Below are positions 51,860-61,870 of a stretch of 64,000 nt of DNA, piece by piece (position 1 is the first letter of the stretch; the number at the start of each line of letters is the position of its first letter). A program made the position numbers and the translations under genes. The stretch covers positions 1,504,001-1,568,000 of the forward strand of contig CAWCDG010000004.1 in the NCBI GenBank assembly GCA_963794325.1, given 5' to 3'. Source of the stretch: an uncultured delta proteobacterium (GTDB taxonomy: Bacteria; Desulfobacterota; Binatia; Binatales; Binataceae). The notes under the pieces were generated by a model. That model did no database searches. It was not told the origin of the DNA and saw only the letters and a list, made by a program, of their open reading frames with translations.

Positions 51860-52681
51860 ATGAACCTCCTCGAACGAGCCGCCATCGCAATGCGTCACGC
51901 ACCCGCGTTGGAACGCGCGGACTGGCTGTGGGATGGAATCCGCCCGGCCTACGATCGCGTGCTTTCGACAGTCACGCGAACCCGCGGCGTCGAGCGGGTG
52001 ATCAACGGCACCGACCGGTTCCGGCTGAGCGCGCGGTCCCGCTGGTTCATCGCGGAAGAATACGAACCAAAGGTGTGGAATCGCGTGATGCGCGAAGTCA
52101 GGGCGGGCGGCCGCGTCGTGGAAGTTGGCGCCAGCATCGGGCTCTACGCGCTGGCGTTCGCGGGACGCGTCGGTGTTGCCGGCCATGTCACGGCGTTCGA
52201 ACCCGACCCGGAGAGCGCATCGGCTCTGGAAGCCAACATCGCCGTAAATGGCTGGCAGGAGCGAGTAACCCTGATCAGATCCGCGGTTGGCATGATCAGC
52301 GGGCAAGTCCGCTTTGCCGCCGCACGCGGACTGGAATCGCGAATCGAGACGCGCTCGGAGATTCGCGATGGGGTCATCACGGTGCCGATGACTACCCTGG
52401 ACGACGCGCTGGCCGGCGATCGAATCGATCTGATCAAAATCGACGTCGAAGGTTTCGAGCAGCAGGTTCTCCAGGGCGCCCGCAGAATTCTGACTGACCA
52501 GAGTCGGCGTCCCAAAGCGATCCTGGTGGAGGTGCATCCTTTCGCGTGGCCGGACTCCGGTACGACCAGCACGAGTTTTCTCGGTCTGTTGGACGAGCTC
52601 GGCTTCAGGGTCGAGGACATGCACGGCGCCGCGGTTTCGAGCATCGATGAGTACGGGCACATCATTGCAATCGCACAGTAA
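51860..52681 (+). CDS. FkbM-family SAM-dependent methyltransferase
   Basis: VEVGASIG, AFEPDP and LIKIDVEGFE motifs. Confidence 0.9.
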   Translation: MNLLERAAIAMRHAPALERADWLWDGIRPAYDRVLSTVTRTRGVERVINGTDRFRLSARSRWFIAEEYEPKVWNRVMREVRAGGRVVEVGASIGLYALAFAGRVGVAGHVTAFEPDPESASALEANIAVNGWQERVTLIRSAVGMISGQVRFAAARGLESRIETRSEIRDGVITVPMTTLDDALAGDRIDLIKIDVEGFEQQVLQGARRILTDQSRRPKAILVEVHPFAWPDSGTTSTSFLGLLDELGFRVEDMHGAAVSSIDEYGHIIAIAQ

Positions 52682-53906
52682 TGCCGGCCGCTCGGCGGCA
52701 ATCGCTCCCACCGCGACGGAGTGTCCGCGCGTGCTCGTCGTGATGTACAGCAATCCGAATTTTCATCCACCCACCATCAACGGCGTTCGAATCATGAGCG
52801 AGTTATTTTCAGTGAAAATAGTGTGCCGCAACGACGCCGGGCCTGCTGCGGATTGGCCGCCTGCGGTCGCGATCGAAAGAGTCGGCGAACTTATGACGGC
52901 GGACGAGAGTTTTCGTGCGGGCGCCTGGCGCAAACTGTCGTGGTATCGAACATTTGTGCGCCGGGTCGTCGCTGCGATCGCGGAAACCACGCCTGCGCTA
53001 CTCTACGCTTACGACCCGATTGCTTTTGCGGCGTCGATCGAAGCGATCGGTAAGGCGCGGGCTGAAATTCCGGTGGTGTTTCATTGTCTGGATAACCCCG
53101 AACTCGATCGCGAGCGAAAGGCGTCGCTCCAGTACTGGATTTTCCGCTATGCGTTGCGTCACACGCGCGACGCCGCATTCACGATTTTCCCCTCGAAGTA
53201 TCGCGCGCCACTCTGGCTGGATCCGGCCCACGATCAGCGCGCTGCCATGATCGTCCCCAACGGCAGTGCGCGCGAATTCTATCCGTCCCGCAAGGACTGG
53301 AACGCTCTGGCGCGAGCGCGGTGGGAATCACCACGCCTCCTGTACCTGGGCGTAATGGGCCCCGACAACGGGCAACCTCAGGCGGTGCGGGCGCTGGCTG
53401 CTCTTCATCCCGGGGTCAAACTCGAGGTGGTGGGCTTCAGCACAGCTGCTTTTCGACATGAACTGGGCGAACTGGCCGCTTCGCTTTCGCTTCAATCCCG
53501 CGTGAGCATCGTTGATTGGGTGCCGAATGCCGAGCGCGTCCGGCGCGCCGAGCAGGCTGCGGTGGGGCTGGTGCTCTATCGCATGGTGAACACGAACTGG
53601 GAGTATTCGGGACCGTCGCCCAACAAGCTGTTCGAGTATGCGGCATGGGGATTGCCGGTGGTCGTGCCCGATCGCAAAAGTTTCCGCGAATTTTTTGCTG
53701 ACGACGAATGGGTCACCTATGCCGATCCTGATGATCCCGCGTCAATCGCACGCGCCATACAGTTTATCCTGGCCGATCGCGATCGCTTTATCGCGATGAG
53801 TCTCGCCGCACGCGCCGCCCACGAAACCAAGTACAACTACGAGCGCCTCTTCGCTCCAGTGCTCGACAAAATCTGTAGCCTCGCCGGCATTGCGCGCGAC
53901 GCATGA
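52647..53906 (+). CDS. Glycosyltransferase family 4
   Basis: SPNKLFEYAAWGLPVV GT-B motif; start uncertain (52647 or about 52731). Confidence 0.85.
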   Translation: MSTGTSLQSHSNAGRSAAIAPTATECPRVLVVMYSNPNFHPPTINGVRIMSELFSVKIVCRNDAGPAADWPPAVAIERVGELMTADESFRAGAWRKLSWYRTFVRRVVAAIAETTPALLYAYDPIAFAASIEAIGKARAEIPVVFHCLDNPELDRERKASLQYWIFRYALRHTRDAAFTIFPSKYRAPLWLDPAHDQRAAMIVPNGSAREFYPSRKDWNALARARWESPRLLYLGVMGPDNGQPQAVRALAALHPGVKLEVVGFSTAAFRHELGELAASLSLQSRVSIVDWVPNAERVRRAEQAAVGLVLYRMVNTNWEYSGPSPNKLFEYAAWGLPVVVPDRKSFREFFADDEWVTYADPDDPASIARAIQFILADRDRFIAMSLAARAAHETKYNYERLFAPVLDKICSLAGIARDA

Positions 53907-55075
53907 AAGTCACAGTCGCCAGCGCCGGTCCGTTTCACGCATTCGACCTTGCCCGCCAGATGAATCGGCTGGGTCATCTCGAACAACTCTACACGGCGTA
54001 TCCGTCGTGGAGGGTCGAGGGACTGCCGAAAGAAAAAGTGAACAGCTTTCCGTGGCTGATGGCGCCGGCGATGCTCGCGAACCGGTTCGGCTTCAACCGG
54101 GTGCGCGACGGCATCAGCGTGCCGATCGTGGAGACCTTCGACCGCTGGATGGCGGAACGTCTTGCGCCGTGCGACGCGTTCCATTGCTTATCGAGCTTTG
54201 GCTTGCAGAGCCATCGAGCGGCGAGCTCGAAGTACGGCGCGCTCACGGTATGCGATCGCGGCTCGACCCATATCGAATATCAGGACCAAATCCTGCGCGA
54301 CGAATTCGCCCGATTCGGCGCAACGTTCGGGGGCATCGATTCGCGGCTGGTCGAACGCGAACTCGAAGAATACGCCTCGTGCGATCTAATCTTCGTGCCG
54401 TCGTCATTCGCGATGCGCACGTTTGCCGACCGCGGCGTGCCGCGGGAAAAGCTGCGAGTGAATCCTTACGGGGTCGACCTCGCGATGTTCCATCGCGAAC
54501 CGAAAAGCGATCGAACGTTCCGCGTCTTGTTCGTCGGCACGGTCTCGCTGAGAAAGGGATTGCCCTATCTGTTCGAAGCTATCGAAAGCCTCGGGCGCTC
54601 CGACATAGAGCTATGCGTGGTCGGAGCGCTCGAGGCTGAAATGCGTCCGATCATGGCGAAGTACGAGGGCCGGTTCCGCTACCTAGGAGCCGTCGCGCGC
54701 GGCGAGTTGTATAAGCATTACAGTCAAGCGTCGGTCCTGGTGCTGCCGTCGATCGAGGAAGGACTTGCGCTGGTGCAGGCGCAGGCGATGGCGTGCGGCG
54801 TGCCGGTGATCGCGACCGAAAACACCGGCGCCGCGGATTTGTTCACCGACGGAGTCGAAGGATTCATCGTGCCGATTCGCGACGCTCGTGCGATTGGTGA
54901 GAAGATTCTCACCCTGTACGAGAATCCCGCGATGCGAGACCAGATGGGCGAAGCGGCGCTGGTGCGCGTCAGAAAGATCGGCGGATGGGACGACTACGGC
55001 GATCGCGCCGCAGAGTATTATCGCGAGGCGCTCGCGATGCGAGCGGGCGGAGCCAATGCGGATTCTCTACGCTGA
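53903..55075 (+). CDS. Glycosyltransferase family 4
   Basis: RKG and EEGLALVQAQAMACGVPVI motifs. Confidence 0.9.
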   Translation: MKVTVASAGPFHAFDLARQMNRLGHLEQLYTAYPSWRVEGLPKEKVNSFPWLMAPAMLANRFGFNRVRDGISVPIVETFDRWMAERLAPCDAFHCLSSFGLQSHRAASSKYGALTVCDRGSTHIEYQDQILRDEFARFGATFGGIDSRLVERELEEYASCDLIFVPSSFAMRTFADRGVPREKLRVNPYGVDLAMFHREPKSDRTFRVLFVGTVSLRKGLPYLFEAIESLGRSDIELCVVGALEAEMRPIMAKYEGRFRYLGAVARGELYKHYSQASVLVLPSIEEGLALVQAQAMACGVPVIATENTGAADLFTDGVEGFIVPIRDARAIGEKILTLYENPAMRDQMGEAALVRVRKIGGWDDYGDRAAEYYREALAMRAGGANADSLR

Positions 55076-56132
55076 AACTACCGCGTACGCGCCGTCCAGC
55101 GCTCACTTCCTGGAGGCTCTGGAAGCCAGCGCGGCGCGCGGCCAGCATGAGTTCCGATTTCTCGACGAGGCCCGCTTTATCAAGAGTTCACGCTCGATTA
55201 CCGAGCGAATTGCGGATCGCATCGCGGGCCGGCCGCTGAGCGGCTATCAACAATTGAATCGCGCGCTGGTCGAGAACGCGGCGGCGTTCTCACCCGAGAT
55301 GATTTTGATCGGCAAGGGCCGGTGGTTTACTCCGGCGGCGCTCGAAGCGGCGAAAAAAGCCAGCGGCGCGATACTGGTGAACTGGGCAACCGATGATCCG
55401 TTCAACCGCGCCGACAACTCGCGCGGGCTGGTCAGCTCGATCCCACTGTACGATCTGTACGTGTGCACGAAGAAAGAAATTATGGCCGATGTGCGGCGCG
55501 CCGGATGTGCGAACGTCGAGTATGTGCGATTCGCATACAAGCCGGAGGTCCATTTTCCGGAGACGCCGGCGACTGACGAAGAGCGCGAGCGATTCGCGTG
55601 CGGCGTGATGTTCGCCGGCGGATGCGACGCGCATCGCATCGCGTACTTCGAGGCCCTGATTCGTGCGATGCCCGATCTGAAGCTTCATTTGTATGGGAGC
55701 TACTGGGAGCGCGCGCGTGCGCTGCGTCCATACGCGCGGGGACTCGCGATGGCGCGGGACTATCGGCTCGCGGTTGCCAGCGCAAAGATCGCGGTGAACC
55801 TGGTGCGGCGCGCGAATCGCGACGATCACGTGATGCGCACGTTTGAAATTCCGGCGTGCGGCGGGTTCATGCTCACGGAGAGATCCGCCGCGCACAACGA
55901 ATTATTTTCCGAGGACCACGAAGCTGCGTTTTTCACCACGCCCGACGAGTTCGTCGCCAAGGTCCGCACCTGGCTTGCGCGCGATGAAGACAGGGCCAGG
56001 ATTGCCGCAGCGGCTCATCGCAAAATCACCCAGGGAAGACACACCTACGGCGATCGTCTCGAGGAAATCATCCAGGCTGCGCTGTCGGTGAAGGGATTGC
56101 ACCGGCGCGCTGTTGCCGGATTGTTATGCTAA
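55056..56132 (+). CDS. Glycosyltransferase, CgeB-like GT-B
   Basis: MRILY start; W.TDDP, MRTFEIPACGGFML and HTY..R motifs. Confidence 0.85.
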   Translation: MRILYAETTAYAPSSAHFLEALEASAARGQHEFRFLDEARFIKSSRSITERIADRIAGRPLSGYQQLNRALVENAAAFSPEMILIGKGRWFTPAALEAAKKASGAILVNWATDDPFNRADNSRGLVSSIPLYDLYVCTKKEIMADVRRAGCANVEYVRFAYKPEVHFPETPATDEERERFACGVMFAGGCDAHRIAYFEALIRAMPDLKLHLYGSYWERARALRPYARGLAMARDYRLAVASAKIAVNLVRRANRDDHVMRTFEIPACGGFMLTERSAAHNELFSEDHEAAFFTTPDEFVAKVRTWLARDEDRARIAAAAHRKITQGRHTYGDRLEEIIQAALSVKGLHRRAVAGLLC

Positions 56133-56141
56133 CTTGCCGTC

Positions 56142-57182
56142 ATGACTGTTAAATCACGAACGACCCTCGCCGCGATGCGTATGGCGTTCTGGTCGTTGGT
56201 GGTCGTCCGGGACGTTCGGGGTCTGTTTGCGCCGTCCAGGCGCATCGGCGGAAGGCTCAGCGATGTTAACATCGAACCCACCAACCTCTGCAACGCGGAC
56301 TGCGTATTTTGCGGATATCAGTTTCAGGAACGTCCGCATGTTGCGATGGAGACTGCGCTCGGCGCGAGAATCATCTCGGCAGCCAAACAAGCCGGCGTGA
56401 CGAGGTTGGGTCTGACGCCGATAGTCGGCGAGCCGCTGGTCCACCGAAATCTCGAAGATTTTATCCGGTTCGCCCGTGCCGAGCCGAATCCGTTGAAGGT
56501 GGGATTGATCACCAATGGAATTTTGCTGACCCCCGCGCGCTACCGATCTTTGGTTGATGCGGGCATCAACTCCATCGATATTTCGATGACCTATCCGGAC
56601 GATGAGGAGTATCGCCGAATTTATCGCAGCCCGAAGCTTAAAACCGTCGTTGCTAACATCGAGGGCATCCTCTCAACTTACCAACGCACGGATTGCGATG
56701 TGACCCTGGCGTTGCGAACCAGCCGCATAAAAAATTGGGACGCTCATCCGATGGTTGCGCGGGCGAGAGAGAAAGGCTGGAAGGTCACTCGAAATCAGCA
56801 ATTTGATGATTGGTCCGGGAGAGTCGGCGCGCTTTTGGAGGCCGAAGGTCTGATCGTACGACCGAATCGTCCCAAAATTCTGCCCTGCACCATGACGAAT
56901 TCAGGTCCGCATTTCCTGTCGGACGGCCGGGCCACTGCTTGTGGATGTCGTGATCTGGACGGCAAAAGCGAACTTGCGCTTTCACCTGACGATTTGATTT
57001 CGGATATGCGCGCAGTGTATGAGACCGGAGCAGTCACGGGTCTGCGACAGCGATTCCGTGACGGCAAAGCGCCCGAGATTTGTGTTTCGTGCCGTCATTA
57101 CAACGCAGCCTATGAAGGCGAGGCGCTGGGGACGCGCTTGCGGCAATTGATCGCCGATGCGAGGACCAGCCTGAGTCGTTGA
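56142..57182 (+). CDS. Radical SAM enzyme with C-terminal SPASM/twitch-like Cys domain
   Basis: CNADCVFC motif, GEPL, TNG; C-terminal PC...ACGC...CVSC. Confidence 0.88.
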   Translation: MTVKSRTTLAAMRMAFWSLVVVRDVRGLFAPSRRIGGRLSDVNIEPTNLCNADCVFCGYQFQERPHVAMETALGARIISAAKQAGVTRLGLTPIVGEPLVHRNLEDFIRFARAEPNPLKVGLITNGILLTPARYRSLVDAGINSIDISMTYPDDEEYRRIYRSPKLKTVVANIEGILSTYQRTDCDVTLALRTSRIKNWDAHPMVARAREKGWKVTRNQQFDDWSGRVGALLEAEGLIVRPNRPKILPCTMTNSGPHFLSDGRATACGCRDLDGKSELALSPDDLISDMRAVYETGAVTGLRQRFRDGKAPEICVSCRHYNAAYEGEALGTRLRQLIADARTSLSR

Positions 57183-58708
57183 ATACAGCTGAACAGTTCG
57201 AATCGGCAGCGCAGCATTCGAGTGACGACTGGTATGCGCTGGTGAGCACACCGAGGCCGGGGTCTTCGAGCCTCGGCCAGGCGATGAAGCTGGCCGCATC
57301 GGTCGCGGTCGCGTTGATCGCGTTGAACCTGTTTGCCCCCGGTTCTCCGACGCTCCTCGAGCGAGCATTTGCGTCCGCGATTCTGGCATCGCTCGCGCTA
57401 CCGGTTTGGCTGTGGATGTCCGGCGCGGATCGAAGCATCCCGTTTATGCCGTTCCTGACGATGGTATTTGCCTACTACTTCGCGCTGCCGCTCTTCCTGC
57501 TGAGGAAATTTGCGGTCGGAATGTTCAAACCGCCTGTCCCCACACACTACATCGAGCTCGCGCTTGGATACTCACTGCTGGGTCTCTACTGCATGTTCGC
57601 TGGCTACTATGGACCGGCGAAATGGCTATTCGCGCCGATACTACCTCGATTCAAAATGCAATGGCGCGACCCGCGAGTAGTAAAGCTGGTCGCGCTGATT
57701 CTGGGATTCGGCGGATTGTTCATATCGTCGTCGCACGTGCTGTCGTTTCTGCCGGAGACCCTCGAACAGATCGGAGTATTCGCCGCTGACCTCTCGATGG
57801 TTGGAATATGCATACTGGTCGCCCTTCAGCTGACCGGGAGACTGAATTGGATCACAGCGGCCTGCCTTTGGGGATTTCTCATTCCGGTCAGAATCGGTGT
57901 CGGACTGGAGACCGGCTCGGCCGCCACCGGACTGATAGTCGGCGTGGCAGTCGCGATGACATTCGCATCAGTGCGCCGATCGATCCCGTGGAAGATGATG
58001 GCGCTTGGCACAATCGCATTTTTTATCTTGCGACCCGCGGAGTTGCCGTATCGCGCCGCGACCTGGGGCGGGAGATATTCGGATGCAGGTGTAATCGAGA
58101 AAGCGCGGATGTTCGGAGATATTGTTTACCGCATCACGGTCGGCGGTGCGGTGCGGCCGGCAGCACTGATCGAAATGGCGAGCCTGCGCCTCGCGCAATT
58201 CACACTGTTCGGAGAAATAATCGCAGACACGCCGGCCATCGTGCCATTTTGGGCAGGCGGTTCCTATTACCCGATCTTGTTCAAACCGATTCCGCGAGTG
58301 ATTTTGCCAGATAAGCCGGAGGAGGCTACCGGACAAACATTTGGCCATCGTTACGGAGTGATCTCTGTCGAGAACACCGGCACATCAATTAACCTGCCGC
58401 AGATAGTCGAGTTGTATGCGAATTGGGGGCTCACCGGAGTGATCGTGGGGATGTTCCTGTACGGGCTGATCTACAGAATTCTGATCGAAATGTACGTTCA
58501 TCCGGGAATGGGACTTGGAGCTTTGGTGGGCGGTGTTTACGTCTTGTCGAGGATGCTTGATGTTGGATCCGCCGCCTCGATGAGCTTGGGATTGATCCCA
58601 TGGAGCATCATCTTCATCGCAATCATTCACATGGTGATGGAAGCAGCGGAGATTAGTGCGATGGCGCCGCGCCGCGGTGTCTCCGAAAAACTAGTCCGTC
58701 ACGCATGA
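57179..58708 (+). CDS. Polytopic membrane protein, probable Wzy polysaccharide polymerase
   Basis: About 11-12 TM helices with a large late periplasmic loop (IPRVILPDKP...ELYANWG); cluster context. Confidence 0.72.
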   Translation: MNTAEQFESAAQHSSDDWYALVSTPRPGSSSLGQAMKLAASVAVALIALNLFAPGSPTLLERAFASAILASLALPVWLWMSGADRSIPFMPFLTMVFAYYFALPLFLLRKFAVGMFKPPVPTHYIELALGYSLLGLYCMFAGYYGPAKWLFAPILPRFKMQWRDPRVVKLVALILGFGGLFISSSHVLSFLPETLEQIGVFAADLSMVGICILVALQLTGRLNWITAACLWGFLIPVRIGVGLETGSAATGLIVGVAVAMTFASVRRSIPWKMMALGTIAFFILRPAELPYRAATWGGRYSDAGVIEKARMFGDIVYRITVGGAVRPAALIEMASLRLAQFTLFGEIIADTPAIVPFWAGGSYYPILFKPIPRVILPDKPEEATGQTFGHRYGVISVENTGTSINLPQIVELYANWGLTGVIVGMFLYGLIYRILIEMYVHPGMGLGALVGGVYVLSRMLDVGSAASMSLGLIPWSIIFIAIIHMVMEAAEISAMAPRRGVSEKLVRHA

Positions 58709-58821
58709 TAGCGACGCGCGTCAACCTGCCGAGCTTCGATGCGGAGGCGACACTCTACTGCAGACCTCGGGCCGAGCCCGCGTCGAGAATCACTTCGCCG
58801 CCGGCGTCGCGCGCAGGATGA
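58705..58821 (+). CDS. Candidate 38-aa small ORF (MIATRVNLPSFDAEATLYCRPRAEPASRITSPPASRAG)
   Basis: Its start overlaps the wzy stop (ATGA 58705-08) and its stop overlaps the next ATG (ATGA 58818-21). Confidence 0.4.
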   Translation: MIATRVNLPSFDAEATLYCRPRAEPASRITSPPASRAG

Positions 58822-60024
58822 GGATGATTTCTTCAAAAGAGGAGGCGAGCGCTCTGCATGTCCTTCACGTAACTCCGTGCTTCGCGCCGGCATGGGTGTA
58901 TGGCGGCCTGCCCGAGTCGGCGTATCAGTTCGCGCGGCATCTGGCACGTGCAGGAGCCTCGGTCCGTGTGCTGACGACGGATGCCAACGGATGGGGAAAG
59001 CGGCTGGACCCGGCGGCGATCGCAGAATACGCGCATCGCGACTGGGTCGAAGTGCGGTACTGCGCGCGGGTCGCGCGCCAGTCGGTGTCAGTCGAACTTC
59101 TCGGTGCATTGGCGGATCAGATGCGATGGGCCGACGTGGTTCATCTGCACGCGGCGTATTCGTTTCCGACTATCCCGACTTTGCTCACTGCGCGGCTGCT
59201 GAAGCGGCCGGTCATATGGACTCCGCATGGCGCGTTTCAGCGCTGGAGCGGTTCGCGCCGGGTGGGGCTCAAGTCATTGTGGGAGAAGGTCTGTATCGCG
59301 GTTGCTTCGCGCGAGCTGGTTTTTCATGCGACTTCGACGGAAGAAGTTGAGGAGACCCGTGCGCGATTTCCGCGCGGCACAATCGAGCAGATTCCGAATG
59401 GCGTCGAGATTCCGCTAACCCGCAATCGCGAGCCACGCAGTGCGCGGCTCCGGCTAGGATTTGTCGGGCGGCTCGATCCGAAAAAGGGAATCGAGAATCT
59501 GCTCGCCGCTTGCCGCATTCTGAAGGAGCGGAGCGGACCGGATTTTTCGCTGACGATCGCAGGTTCCGGTTCGACTGAGTACGAGGCGCACCTTCGCCGC
59601 GAGATCGACAGGCTGGAGCTGAACAAGCGAGGTCGCAATGCTGGGAGATATTCGCGGCGAGGAAAAACGGCGGATGTTCGAGCGGACCGACGTCATCGTG
59701 GCGCCGTCGTTCACCGAGAATTTCGCGATCGTCGTAGCCGAGGCACTCGCCCATGGCGCGACAGTGATTGCGAGCACCGGCACTCCATGGGAGGCAGTCG
59801 AGCGGGTCGGCTGCGGGCTGTGGGTCAACAACGATCCGGCAAGCCTCGCCGACGCAATCATCAAGATTAATTCGATGCCAATCGCCGCGATGGGTGAGCG
59901 CGGGCGTCGCTGGATGACCGCGGATTTTTCGTGGGAAAAATGCGCGTCGGAAATGATGGCGCTTTACAAAAGCATGGCGGCGGAGCACGGCACGCGCAGG
60001 CTGGCGACCGCGCACCAGGTGTAA
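58818..60024 (+). pseudogene. Glycosyltransferase family 4, frameshifted as assembled (+1 at 59625-59626)
   Basis: ORF 58818.. (YGG, FVGRLDPKKGIE) joins ORF 59638.. (ENFAIVVAEAL) if one A is removed (LELNSEVAMLG). Confidence 0.85.
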
Positions 60025-60044
60025 CGCTCGGTCATCGGTAATCA

Positions 60045-61820
60045 ATGTTAATCGTCGGAATCAATGCTTATCACGGCGACGCTAGTGCGGCCGCGATTGT
60101 GGACGGCAGGCTGGTGGCGGCTGCTGAGGAGGAACGGTTTACTCGCATCAAGCATGCAGCCGGGTTTCCGGCCGAAGCCTTGAGGTACGTGGTGAAGGCG
60201 GCGGGCGCCTCGCCTCGCGATATCGATATGATTGCGGTGGCGCGCGATCCGTGGGCGCGAATCATGCGCAAGGCGTGGCACGCGCTGAAAATGCCGATGG
60301 TCGCGCGCGATCGGTTGAGCGCGCAATCGCACTTTGCGTCGATTGGCGCGGAGGCGGCGCGCGCTCTGGGAGCGAACGAGGGCTCGATACCGGTGGGACG
60401 CGTCGAGCATCACCGCGCGCACCTGGCGAGCTCGTTTTTGGTTTCGCCCTTCGACGAGGCGGCGCTGTTCTCTATCGATGGATTGGGCGACTTCGCCAGC
60501 GCGATGTGGGGAGTAGGGCGCGGGGCCACGATTTCGCCGATGGGCGTGGTGACGTTCCCGCATTCGCTTGGAATGTACTACACCGCGCTCACGCAGTACC
60601 TCGGATTTCCGAAATACGGCGACGAATACAAGGTGATGGGGCTGGCGTCGTACGGAGAGCCGGAGGTGCTTGACGAGTTTCGCAAAATCGTAATCGCGCC
60701 GAATGGCGGCCGGATGGATTTCATGCTTGCGCCGGAATATTTCACCTACCAGAAGTCCGGCGCGGAGATGACCTGGGGCGCCGGCGAACCGACGATCGGA
60801 AGGCTGTATTCGAATTTTCTGGTCGAGAGGTTAGGCGCGGTGCGCGATCCGGCGGAGGCTGTGGACAAACGGCATATCGCGATTGCGGCATCGATGCAGC
60901 GTCGACTCGAGGAAGTGATAATCGATCGGCTGCGGAGCCTTCAGCGCGCGACCGGACTGAAGAAGCTGTGTCTTGCCGGCGGGGTCGCCTACAACTGCGT
61001 CGTCAACGGCAAGATCCTGGAGCAGACCGGCTTCGAGGACATCTATATACAATCGGCGGCGGGCGACGCGGGACTGGCTATCGGCGCGGCGTTCGACCAG
61101 TGGCATTCGAGCGGATCGCGCGAGCGCGAATTTGTCATGGAGCATGCGAATTGGGGGCCGGAATTCCGCGACGACGAGATCGCCGGAATACTGAGTTCGC
61201 GCGAATCTGAAATAGCCAGTCGGGGCTGCGTGATTCGCAAGATCGAAAATGAAGACGAACTTTGCCGCTCGACTGCGGCGACTATAGCGGAGGGCCTCGT
61301 CGTCGGATGGTTCCAGGGGCGAATGGAGTGGGGTCCGCGTGCGCTGGGTAACCGCAGTATCCTGGCCGACCCGCGACGGGTCGAGATGCGCGATATCCTG
61401 AATTCGAAAATCAAGCGCCGCGAGATGTTCCGGCCGTTTGCACCGTCGATCCTCGAGGAGTCCGCCGGGGACTACTTCACGCAGTCGTACCCGTCCCCGT
61501 TCATGCTGATGGCGTATTCGGTGCGCCCCGAAAAGCGCGCAGCGATTCCGGCCACGACGCATGTCGACGGGACGGGGCGCTTGCAGACGGTGAATGAGCG
61601 GCAAAACCCTTTGTATTACAAGCTGATCCGCGAGTTTGGGCGTCAGACGGGAGTACCGGTGTTGCTCAATACTTCGTTTAACGAGAACGAACCGGTGGTC
61701 TGCCGTCCGGAAGAGGCGCTCGATTGTTTTCTCAGAACCAAAATGGACCTGTTAGTTATCGGGCAATTCACTGTTCGCCGGAACACTGAAAATCAGCTAT
61801 CGTCGCCGGTCAGTAACTGA
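60045..61820 (+). CDS. O-carbamoyltransferase (NodU/CmcH/TobZ family)
   Basis: EEERFTRIKH, EHHRAH, DGLGD, EYKVMGLA, GPRALGNRS, FRPFAP, HVDGTGR and LLNTSFN motifs. Confidence 0.95.
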   Translation: MLIVGINAYHGDASAAAIVDGRLVAAAEEERFTRIKHAAGFPAEALRYVVKAAGASPRDIDMIAVARDPWARIMRKAWHALKMPMVARDRLSAQSHFASIGAEAARALGANEGSIPVGRVEHHRAHLASSFLVSPFDEAALFSIDGLGDFASAMWGVGRGATISPMGVVTFPHSLGMYYTALTQYLGFPKYGDEYKVMGLASYGEPEVLDEFRKIVIAPNGGRMDFMLAPEYFTYQKSGAEMTWGAGEPTIGRLYSNFLVERLGAVRDPAEAVDKRHIAIAASMQRRLEEVIIDRLRSLQRATGLKKLCLAGGVAYNCVVNGKILEQTGFEDIYIQSAAGDAGLAIGAAFDQWHSSGSREREFVMEHANWGPEFRDDEIAGILSSRESEIASRGCVIRKIENEDELCRSTAATIAEGLVVGWFQGRMEWGPRALGNRSILADPRRVEMRDILNSKIKRREMFRPFAPSILEESAGDYFTQSYPSPFMLMAYSVRPEKRAAIPATTHVDGTGRLQTVNERQNPLYYKLIREFGRQTGVPVLLNTSFNENEPVVCRPEEALDCFLRTKMDLLVIGQFTVRRNTENQLSSPVSN

Positions 61821-61870
61821 GTATCATCAGTTGCCGGGCGGGGCTTAGTTTTGCGGGGAGGGAAGCCTAG

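Noticed and set aside
52681-52743. A fifth frameshift (TAATG-coupled ATG 52681 out of frame with the GT4)
   Set aside because: In-frame alternative starts exist (ATG 52647, GTG about 52731), so no frameshift is required.
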